The notes under the pieces: generated by a model
What the model saw: the letters and a program-made list of their open reading frames with translations, nothing else
Database searches by the model: none
What the model was told of the DNA's origin: nothing
Assembly (NCBI RefSeq): GCF_006345805.1
Contig: NC_043003.1
Span: forward strand, 59,644,001 to 59,708,000
Length of the DNA stretch: 64,000 nucleotides
DNA from: Octopus sinensis
Lineage: Eukaryota
Direction of reading: 5' to 3'
In this document: positions 52,859 through 64,000 of the stretch, one piece after another
How the letters are laid out: every line of letters begins with the position of its first letter
Numbering within the stretch: the stretch's first letter is position 1
Translations under genes and position numbers: made by a program

Positions 52859-55800
52859 GTGAGAGAGAGAGACAGAGAGGCTGAGGTACGTGTGGGCGTG
52901 TATGTTCAACACATACAAGCTCGTTAAAATCATGCGTTTGTGTATGAATGAGTGTATGTTTATGCGTGTGTATGTATGTGTGTGTTTATATATATATATA
53001 TATGTGTGTGAAATTCAAGCATACATAAGGTTATGCATATGTATATAATTATTGGAAGTGTATGCCTGTTTACATGTAGATGTGTATGTTCATAAGTCAC
53101 GTATGCTTCAAAGAACACCGCAGTTGCATACTCAAGCATTACACTTCAAATTTTTATTATCATTTATAAGTTTTAGCATGTTATCATGTACTTTGATCTC
53201 CATTTTATCAGGAGAAATAAACTCAGATACCCTTTTCCCAAGATCTATTTGAATAATATAAGGAATGTTCAGAAGATACATATATTTATAATACTTCATA
53301 GCTGGTGCATGGTTTACGTTTCTCTGTCTACCGCCTCACCTGCTCATCTATCTCTATATAGAACCCTTCGAGTTTCTTTCTCTGTTTTTGTACACACAGA
53401 CACACGTGTTTGTCTATAATACGCATATGTATGTTTGTGTGTGTGTGTATGTGTGTCCCGTTTGTTCTTTTACAGTTTTGATTCATTGAACTGCGACTAG
53501 TATTATTTTCAAAGATGCAAGTTTATCTTATAAACTATATACACTAAATTAGTCAATCTGGTAAGGATTTGATAGTTTCTACTTATCGAATCACTAAGCT
53601 GCGAGACTACTAGACTAATGGACGTAACATAAACAACACAGGTTTGTATGTAAGTTCTCATCTACTTTTGATCATTTGAAATCTTCCTGCAAATAAGGAG
53701 CTGATTTCTTACAAAGATATAAAGCTCCATTATTGGAATGTAAATAGCAAAAACATTGTGATATTCGAACTTGAGAAACGTCTTGCACATTTTTACTATT
53801 CCACTTAATGGTTGTATTATCATAAGTGTGATAGCTGGTTGATTTAATTTTCTGTAACTGTAGCTTTCTAGATTGCCACATATTTATTCACTAACAAAGT
53901 GAATTGCATCAATTATTATTCGTATCAATGAGAATTTAGTATCTGGGTATAGAAATTGAACATTTCGAAATTGTTGTCTGCATTTATCCCTTTTCTCATT
54001 TGATTTCCTAAAAGATATTCACACCAACGAGGTAGATGACCTCTGTGAAGCTACGTACTTTTTCTTGACTATGTATATACAATACGAACACCTGTGTATT
54101 CAAATGAGAGACGAGAAATTTCAATGCATTAGATGGAATACCTTGTAGTTCAACAAATAATGACTCATAACGCCACTAATCGAAGGTTCAAAGGCACGAA
54201 ATCACGCACGTGTTCAATTGATAAGATGTCCGCAGTGAATCACAGACATCTGATCGGTTTGACATACATGCAGCAGTGGTTGTTGTGATGGTGATAGCGA
54301 TGAGATACAGTAATAGTAGTGATTGTATTGGTTGTAGTGTTCATGGTAGTGATGCTAATGGTGTTGATGGCACTGGTGGTACTGAGTGGTGTTAGAAGTG
54401 GTGTTGGTGGTGGTGGCATTCATGGCGATTCAGAAGATGGTGCTATTGTTGCATTGATGATTATGATATTAGTTTTAGCAGTAGATGTCATCTCTTGATA
54501 AAATAGACGAATACAGGAATAACAAATACCATATAACATTCATTCTTGATTTATTGAAATAATCTCTGGTCTAGTTGATGTATCATAATCGCCACTAGGC
54601 AGTTAAGGCCAGTTCAATTCAAGACGGGTAGACAGTCTCAAAAAATTAGAAAATTCTCCAAGACTCGATTAAACCATTCCATTTGCGACCACCTGTTTTT
54701 TTTTTGTGTGTGTGTGTACAAAATAAAAACACTATCGAATGAAATCTTGTTTTCATCAGTAAACTGTGTTTTATGAGATTTTGGCTACTGTTACCAGAAG
54801 ATCAACTTTAGCTGTTTATTCGTTGTATAGCAATGATAATCTTAATGTTACTGCTATATTATTTGTGGCACAATAAATATAGTTATACGAAATCCAGCTG
54901 TGATAATCTCGTTTATTTTCTGAGATGCAGCGTATCAGTATCACATTGTGCATTTTGTTTTCTGCAAAATGTAACATTGTCATACGAAATGCCACTAGTG
55001 CTGCTGCTGCTGATGATGACGATGATGCTGATGATGAGGATAATGAGGATATAAAAATGGTAGTAAAATGAAGAGTGTGACGTCCACAATGATGAGGATC
55101 AAAGAGATGATGATGAAGGTGATGATGATAAGGATGAAAGTAACGACGAATATAGCGATGATCATGACAATTATGATGATATGACTGTTACAACGCTGAC
55201 GATGATAATTATAATGATGACGTTGACTAAAATGATGATGATGATGATGATGACTATAACGATAGGAATAATGAGGATGATGATGGGGAAGTGGAGTAGG
55301 GCAACGACGACGATGATCGCGAGGGTGATGAAAAAGTTGATAATAATAGTAATAGTTTAGCAATCGATTTAATCTTATTGAAACTAAACTTCAAAAGCAG
55401 AAGCTGTTCAGACCGCTGTTGATGCCACTGCAGCTGCTGGTGCGGTTTCTACTTTTTACTGCTGCTGCTGCTACTTTTTACTGCTGCTGCTGCCGCTGCT
55501 GCTTCTGCTGCTGCTGCTGTTGCCCACAGTTGTTAAAGTGGCAACAGAACTGATATCGCTAATACCACCAGCCACTACGATACACACCACTCATCACTAT
55601 CGACATCATATGTGTGTGTGTGTGTGTGTCTGTGTGTGTATACTCATATGTATATAAGATATGAATATATATATATATACATATATGTAAATATACATAC
55701 ATGCACACACACAGACATACACACACATATATATACAAATATATACATGCACACATATATACATATATATATATATACGAAAGAGAGAGAGAAAGAGAGA

Positions 55801-57134
55801 GAGAGAGAAATACATATCAAATAAATTCTCGATTTATTAACATTGTCTCCTTCTAGCGATGTGGCACAATTGCTAAATGGTAACTGATACCAATTCCACA
55901 TAAGAAGTGGAGTTAGTCAGAATAATCAAGAATTCTCCAAAGTTGACATGAAAATAAAAGAGAGATTTTTAGGCAGAAGACAGAAGACAGATGAAGACAC
56001 GTGTTTCGGTTTCAATAGGCGACAACCTCATTACGACTGTCCCACGTTATCGTTAGAAGCCAAAGATTTAGATTTAAACAATATATTTATGTTTAGAAAA
56101 TATTTATGTTTAAGAAATTTGCATAATTTAAACCAAATGAGCTACGATAAACAACTGTGTAGCCACTAGCACGTCTTTGTACAGCATTAACAAATACAGG
56201 TATATCAAATACCACACAACATAAACTCTTGATTTATTAAAATTATCTCGCCTCTAAAGGTTGTGTCATAATTGTCAAGTGGAAGATGGAAATAATCGCT
56301 TGAATGAAAATTTCTCGAAATTTGACGTCATTCAGAACGTTTGTTTAACTTGTGCAAATGAAATAGGAAATATATGTTCTTCTGTTTTCCATATTTAAGT
56401 CTCTATTAAGGCTACGATAGAAAAATCAGCATACCGATGACGCATATTGAAGCAGAAGCAAGTGTCCACTAATATCATTTGTCTCCGAATCCTCTTATTA
56501 ATGCTATGTGGAATTTAAGGAATAATTTTATTCTCGAGATCACCTCCCCTTCTCATTTGGAGCTGATCACAACTGTCATATTTTAGGAACAGTTATGAAA
56601 TAAAAGCCGGTAAGACTAGTCTGGCAGATAACGATTCCAGAGTTCCAGACTATACTGAATAGCTATAAGTTTGTGTTTACTTCAAAAGTCAATCTCTAGC
56701 GTTTGAAACATTTTTTCTCTGTCCAGTTAAGGTATATTGTTTTTTTCAAGGGAATTGCACATTTTCAACACTTTCAAAGATAGTTACTACTAACATCCAT
56801 AATCATTTAGGATCTGAAACTGGTAAAAGTCTACATCTCCGCCAAATTTATATTGCAAATTCATATCGCGACATATTACTATATATAGAGGTAAATAGAA
56901 GTATTTTACAAAGATATACACATGTATACACACTTGTAGATACACACATATATATATATATAAGTACACAAGTGTGTGAATTTGCGAGTGAGTAAAATGT
57001 GGCTGAAAAAATATATAACGTAAAATCTGAATCGTCAATAGAAATGAAAAAAAAAAAAAAAAAATAAACAATTCTAATCTCGGTATCCATATAATAAAGA
57101 TATTCAACAAAACCAGTGAACATAACACCACCAA

Positions 57135-57136
57135 TG

Positions 57137-57176
<40 letters not shown>

Positions 57177-57202
57177 TAATAATAATAATTATAATAATGA
57201 TG

Positions 57203-57237
<35 letters not shown>

Positions 57238-57360
57238 TAATAATATAATAATAATATAATGTAATAATAATAATAATAATAAATAATAATAATAATAATA
57301 TAATAATAATAATAATAATAATAAATAATAATAATAATAATAGTAATATAATAATAATAA
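57135..57360. repeat. Long imperfect (AAT)n
   Basis: Direct. Confidence 0.95.
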
Positions 57361-57512
57361 TAGCTATTGCAAGTAACACTTTTATTAAATGTAGTTAGGT
57401 TTTTTTTGCTATATGTTGCTTTTTCAAAAAATTACTACTTATAAATAGCGTTTTAATATTTTTTTCAACCAGAACGTTAATATAGGTCCATGGTCAGTAC
57501 TTTTATCTGGTA

Positions 57513-57558
<46 letters not shown>

Positions 57559-58245
57559 ATTTTATCCATATACACATACACACATATTATTATTATTATT
57601 ATTATTATTATTATCATTATTATTATTATTATTATTATTATGATTATGATTATTATTATTAACCCTATATTTTTGTTGTGAATATTCCTACATGTGATCG
57701 AATGTGCCCCAAAGTGCCTGGGATATGCATGTGCGAGAGATTAAGTTCAACGTTCACTATCTCTTCTTGCATACATGCACACACTATATATATGTGTGAG
57801 AGTGTGTGTGTGTGTGTGTGCGTGTGTGTGTGTGTGTGCGTGTGTGTGTATGTGTGTGTTTGTGTGTGTGTTTTGCAATGTCTGCAGCGTGTGGTGTAAA
57901 CATATCAAACATTGTTTCAAGTATATTATACTCTTCTATAATTTCTGGCTCTTTGCAGTGATAGAGGCTCAATTACTGTTCCTTCCCTAGAATCTTCCAA
58001 AGAGAATAACAATAATCAAGTCTTTATAGCTTCTTTCTTTCTTTCTTTCCTTCGGTTTCTTTATATAAGCTCAGCATTTATATTTTCTTTTATTTTTTAA
58101 CCTCGTCTGTATTTCTACAGTTCTTGTTTCTCTTTATACGTTTTACCTTTTTGCTTTAATTTTAGATTTTTACACATGTTTTTGACATACTTTATAAATC
58201 TGAAATATATATTATATATGTGAGCTGCAGTGGTTTTGTGCTTTT

Positions 58246-58254
58246 ATGTATAAA

Positions 58255-58348
<94 letters not shown>

Positions 58349-58478
58349 TATACATATATATTCATACATATATATATACATATATACATACATATATATA
58401 TATACATACATATATATACACATACATATATATTTATACATACATATATATATATGTGTATATATATATACATACATT

Positions 58479-58519
<41 letters not shown>

Positions 58520-58640
58520 ACATACATATATATGTACATATATATACACATTTATATACATATATATATATACATATATATAAATATATATATATATATA
58601 ATATATATATATACATATATACATATATATATTTACATAT
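58246..58640. repeat. Complex (TA)n/(TACA)n tract
   Basis: Direct; source of the 202-aa YI-rich ORF. Confidence 0.95.
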
Positions 58641-59107
58641 ATGTGTGTGTTTAGGTATATATAATGCTTATGGGTGCACCTATGTGTATATTATATATGT
58701 GTATGTCTGTGTGTATGTATTCCACATCATCGCGTTTACTCATTTTTCCCCTACCCGACACACACTCACATTATATATATATATATATATATATGACATT
58801 TTTTTTTCTTTTCTGAACTTATTTGTTTCAGATGGAAATTTATATTATCATTGAAACACCACCACCCCGCTGTCCACGACCCTTCCCCCCACCACTGTCT
58901 GTTCACCTTCTACATGGAATAGAGAAGACATAGTTTCTCGCTCTGAAGACAAGAGTAACCTATTATTTGCGCAAAACACATTCTTTGTTCCTATTCTTTG
59001 ATTCTCTAGCTCTATGTTAGCATCAATAAGAAAGAAATGTATTTCTTACAGAGAAATCTATATTTGTGTTCTGATTTTCATTTCATATATATATATATAT
59101 ATATATA

Positions 59108-59149
<42 letters not shown>

Positions 59150-59388
59150 ATATATATATATATGTATGTATGTATGTATATATGTGTTTATGTATGTATG
59201 CATGTGTGTTTGTGAGAGTGTAGCACTTGCCTGCGCATACAGAGTGACACACATGCCCTCATCTATTTCAGTATATGTAGACATGTTTACATATGTGCGC
59301 TTGTACATGGTTGTGAATGTGTATCTGCTATGAGACTATTAAATTTCGTTAAAACTCTCCTCCTCTATGAATATATATATATGAGTGT

Positions 59389-59428
<40 letters not shown>

Positions 59429-59637
59429 TTTTAAATTTATTTTATAGATCTAAATTGTTTCTGAGCGAACTTCAAAAATGAGGTTGTCATTAGTTGCCAT
59501 TAGTCTGTCTCCAAGAATTCTTGCAAATTTTGACTGCATTATCTTCTCTTCTGCAAACGCATAGGGGATGTATTGCAAATTATTATTCACTTGCACAAAC
59601 ATACGCACTTTTGTATACAAACCACAGAATATCAGTG

Positions 59638-59707
<70 letters not shown>

Positions 59708-60459
59708 GTGTGTGTAAAACATACATTTTGGCGTTTCAGCGTTTACATTTCCGCACAAAGGATATATTGACAATAAACTTTCAACAATACTCACTGCCTT
59801 TACAATCGCAGCAATGGCACGTCGAGACAAATAACGAATATCTATAAAATGAACATTAATGAGAGTTAATGGATTATTTCATAGCCATAATAATATTGCT
59901 TGATTTTTAAAAATAGAATTTACTATGAATATAGTCTTTGTCGTACAGAATATACTTTTGCTCTACATGTAATTTAAAATTGAGAATGCTTAGGAAAATC
60001 CTTAGAACGGGTGTCCGAAGAGTCTTTAATACTTAGTTTATACGTCACGGTCTTTGAAGATGTGAAGTACATTTACTCTTGGACAATACGCTGGGAAATT
60101 CCATATTTTAGGTTTCCATGATTACTGAAGAGAGAAGAGAATGCTCGAAATGCATCTACTAGTTCTCTGAACAGATTTTTATATATTTACATCATTTGTT
60201 TTATCATGATTTTTTTTCTCCATGACAAACCGCATTGAAATGCCCAATTACAAGTCAAATATGTCCCTATCAAATTTGAACTGATCCGAAGTTTGCTTTT
60301 TTCATACTACTGTTTCCAGCACCACCCACTGATAATGGCAGTATTAAAGTACCTGTTGAGGAACAGTTAGTTGAAAGCGAGCTAGGAAAAATGCATCTTA
60401 AATGGGACTAGTTATAGAGAGCTGCTAAACTCTGGTGTAAATGATGACAAATTATCAAT

Positions 60460-60560
60460 ACCAGTAATGTGTTGGTACTTATTTCATCAACCGTGAAAGG
60501 ATGAAAAGTGAATTCCGACGAAATGCCGACGTGCTTACGATTTTTTCAGCTCACCGCCTT
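60460..60560 (-). mobile_element. SINE family A fragment
   Basis: tggtacttatttcatcaaccgtgaaaggatgaaaag..gacgaaatgccg. Confidence 0.5.
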
Positions 60561-60864
60561 TATAATAAATTGTCTGTTAGAAAGTAGCCCACTATCTGGG
60601 CCATATCGACATACTTACCCACTCAAGTGTTAACGCTTGACAGAATATAACTAGTACTCAATTAGGATATTCAATACCCTCCTACATGAAGGGCATCGGT
60701 GTAATGATAGTAAGGGAACCAGTTTAATGCTTATTGCTGTTGAGCTTTGACGGAACACGATTTTGAACAAATTTAACAGATAGACTGATAGACAGATCTT
60801 TGAAAGCTGAAGCTCTGCCAATCTTAGTTGTGGCTCAATGAATAGGCGAGGGCATAGCTATATA

Positions 60865-61040
60865 TTTGTCCGTACTACCACTTGACAACTAGTGTTGGTT
60901 TATTTATGCATCCCTAACTCAGCAGGTTGGCTCAAGAGGCCGATAGAATAAATACCGAACTTGGAGAAAATATCAGTACTGGGGTCGATTTGCTTGACTC
61001 TACAACATGGTAGCCGTCCAATGACTGTAATAAGTAAAAG
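60865..61040 (+). mobile_element. SINE family C 3' half, decayed
   Basis: cacttgacaactagtgttggtt..ccgatagaataa..gtactggggtcgatttgcttgact..ccaatgactg. Confidence 0.65.
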
Positions 61041-61371
61041 GTAAATCAGATTTGATCTGTGACTAAATCACAATAACAGTGCGATTAATATCGGCACCAT
61101 TTTGTACGTGTTTTTAGCGGAGATAAAATATCAAGTGTTTCAGTTTACCTTAGGGACAATTCCGTGATAAAACTTAACACTGAGTAATGTATTTCAAAGA
61201 CAACATTTACAAGATTTTATCTCAGAATCGTATATTGAAGAACACATAGCGTTTAATGACTGATAGCCCCACACACCACACTGAACGAAACGCAAGTCCT
61301 TTGCAAGGTTACTTATTTACAGCATCGTAAAATGAATTTTATTGGTGCCAAGAATAATATACCGCTGGTTA

Positions 61372-61438
61372 GACAATCGAAACCACAAACTTGCAATCGC
61401 CAGTGCACCGCCCTAACCACCAGGCCACATGCCTCACA
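61372..61438 (-). mobile_element. SINE family B-like tRNA head fragment
   Basis: aatcgaaaccacaaacttgcaatc..gccctaaccaccaggcca. Confidence 0.5.
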
Positions 61439-61527
61439 AATTCTATACTATACCATTTATATCTAATCCACTGCTTTGACGATTCCATACACTTTCAGCA
61501 TAAGTAATGATAATAGAAAAAAACCCC

Positions 61528-61579
<52 letters not shown>

Positions 61580-62592
61580 TCGTAATTTTCTTTTGCAATA
61601 TTGAGCATTTTTTAAATTTATTTTTTAAAGAAAATACCTTTTATGGTTTTTCCAAAACCAAAATATATTTAAACCATCAATTTCAATGATTAAGAAAGAG
61701 ATTATGAAATGTTCTGCTTTCCAAAGATTATCTGAGTTTAAATATTAATGCTCATTTGAATTAGATTCAAGTATGCATATGCTCACACTGATACACGTAG
61801 CTACATACACAACACACGAAAATATATGTGTCCGTACAGGCGAATGCGTGTGTGAGTAATATATGTACATAGAAACATATACAGGCACAAGTATACGCAT
61901 ATAAACATGCGCACGTACATACATACGCACATACATAAAAGCATATACATGCATACCCACACGCCTGTGGCTATCAAATTGCTTTGAGGGCTGGCTGTTT
62001 GCAAAAGAATAATACTACTACAACAAATAATAAATACTGTATGTGTCTAAAAAGTAATACAAAATAAAACAGAACAATGTAGATTTTTCAATCGTGGCTT
62101 CCGGTCTGAACTCTTTTATCAAGAATCGTTTCCACCATCTGTAATTTGGATGGTTTTCATGATTAATGTACAACACAAACCAGTCGCCATATTTATAACG
62201 TTTCTTTATGAAATATAGTACTTTCTTAAATAAAACAATATTATATATCCAAAGAACTGAGAAAGCATATATATATCTTCCTTCCTTCAACACACTGAAT
62301 TTGTCTTCTGGCTAATTTGACATATTTTGCTTTTACCTTTTTTTCTCTCTCCATTTTCTTTCCTTTTTTGCCTGGTATTAGTCTTTTTCCTTCCTATTTT
62401 TTTGTTTCTAATTACTTTTTTTTATATTTCTATATGAATTTTGTGTTGCTTTTACATGTATTTCGTTATGTACTTTAGCATTTATTACTATTTTTTTTAC
62501 TCTCCAAATACTACTTAGTTTGTACATGTGTGTATCGTATAAGCATTTGGGTTTTTCTGTGATTATAGAATCCTACAATGGAGCCGAAGGAT

Positions 62593-62650
<58 letters not shown>

Positions 62651-63295
62651 ACACACATATATATATATATGAAAGCTGTTGGTGGATATCCGTTGCTGTT
62701 TATACAAAGTCATACACTTACAACACCGCTTTGTACTAGCTTCCTCACTACAATAAGAAAAACACACGCAAAAAAGAAGAACATCATATACCATTTGCCT
62801 GAGGAGATATATATGAGAAACCTGCAAGAGTGTATAAAAACATGAACCATGTCGAAGAGATGTTCTTGGCATAGTAATAAACAAACGGGGTGAGGAACGA
62901 GTACTTAAGGCTGAATGTCCCCAGATTATATATATTGGAACCCCCCACAATTTTTTCTTTTCAGTAGATAGACGGCTCCCATCTGCCTCTGAATACAGTG
63001 TAGTAAAGTTCTTTATGTCAACACTGAGTACTGTGATGCCATTATTGTGAATTTTCCTTTGTCGTGGAAGATTTTTTATGCTAATATTTTGGGGAAAATG
63101 GGATACATAATAATAATAAGTACCAAATTTACATTTAGTAATTCAAGTAAAAGAAAAATAAATATTTTGAAATCGAAATATAGTAATTTTTTAATGTCGT
63201 AAACAAGAGCAAAGAATCTAATGCATTGCCAGAAATTTGCAAATGTGCTGCTGGTTTCGATTTTCTTTATACTGTATGTCCTTGTTTCAGAAGAG

Positions 63296-63357
63296 TGAAC
63301 TGTAGTTTGGGAAGTATGAACTGTAGTTTGGGAAGTATGAACTGTAGTTTGGGAAGT
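63296..63357. repeat. Three copies of 21-bp unit TGAACTGTAGTTTGGGAAGTA
   Basis: Direct; perfect except for the last base. Confidence 0.95.
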
Positions 63358-64000
63358 GTCCTGTACAATAGCATTGTTAATGAAACGAAACAAATGTAAA
63401 GCGAAATCAAAGAAAATAACACTCGGCACACTAGAGATAACCATTCGTCAAATTCTATCTCGTAGCTAAAACTTCCATCTTATAATGGAAGACTAAGGAA
63501 ACGTTAAAGGAGAAAGCAACAGCTATAGCGAAAGTGTTGAAAGAGAGGGAGAGAAAGTATCATAAAGAAAGGTAAATTAGATAGATGAATATATATGTGA
63601 GAGGTAGACAAAATGGGAAGGAGAGAGAGGAAGCACTAATAAGCAATAAATAGCATAAAGAAGAAAACAGTGTTCTGTAATGGAGAATGGGAAATAGAGA
63701 AGTAACGTGATACAATAAAGGCACAGTGTTTGAGTGAATGAGAGGAAAAGGGGAAATATGAAGTCAGTAATAATAATGCAGGGAATAGTCAAAAATATTA
63801 ATTTCCGCAGCTATGAGCTGAAACTACATCAATATATATATATACACACATACATACGTACATAGGTATGTGTGAGAACGTTGTTTAACTTTATATTCAT
63901 TATTGCAATTGGTATTATTTATTACGTATCACAATATCAATTGTGATATGTATTCAGGATTCCAATGCTTCATTATTATCGTAATAGTTTTTGTCTAATC

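Noticed and set aside
58260-58350. Symmetric TT..AA phase slips in many (TA)n tracts, suggesting programmed inversions
   Set aside because: Single-base indels in (TA)n, from mutation or sequencing error, give the same pattern
63296-63357. CRISPR-like array
   Set aside because: The units are contiguous with no spacers, there are no cas genes, and the context is eukaryotic

Overview
This is eukaryotic, AT-rich, repeat-dominated DNA. It is most likely Octopus or another coleoid cephalopod, inferred from the tRNA-derived SINE families and the very high microsatellite load. I could not support any intact protein-coding gene, tRNA, rRNA or CRISPR array, so the window looks intronic or intergenic. 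Almost all ORFs in the track are translations of microsatellites. What is supported: (i) a 3' fragment of an R4/Dong-like RLE non-LTR retrotransposon sitting in (AAT)n with a SINE nested in it (1247-1770); (ii) a 5'-truncated CR1-group LINE (48371-49050) whose 3' tail matches the tail of the commonest SINE; (iii) about 25 copies or fragments of four SINE families, labelled A-D here; (iv) several Penelope-like terminal-repeat remnants carrying minimal hammerhead-ribozyme-like motifs with compensatory stem changes, some in inverted or permuted arrangements; (v) many micro- and minisatellites; (vi) one 100-N assembly gap. Family assignments come from motif recognition, not database searches. Boundaries of decayed repeats are approximate (about 10-20 bp).
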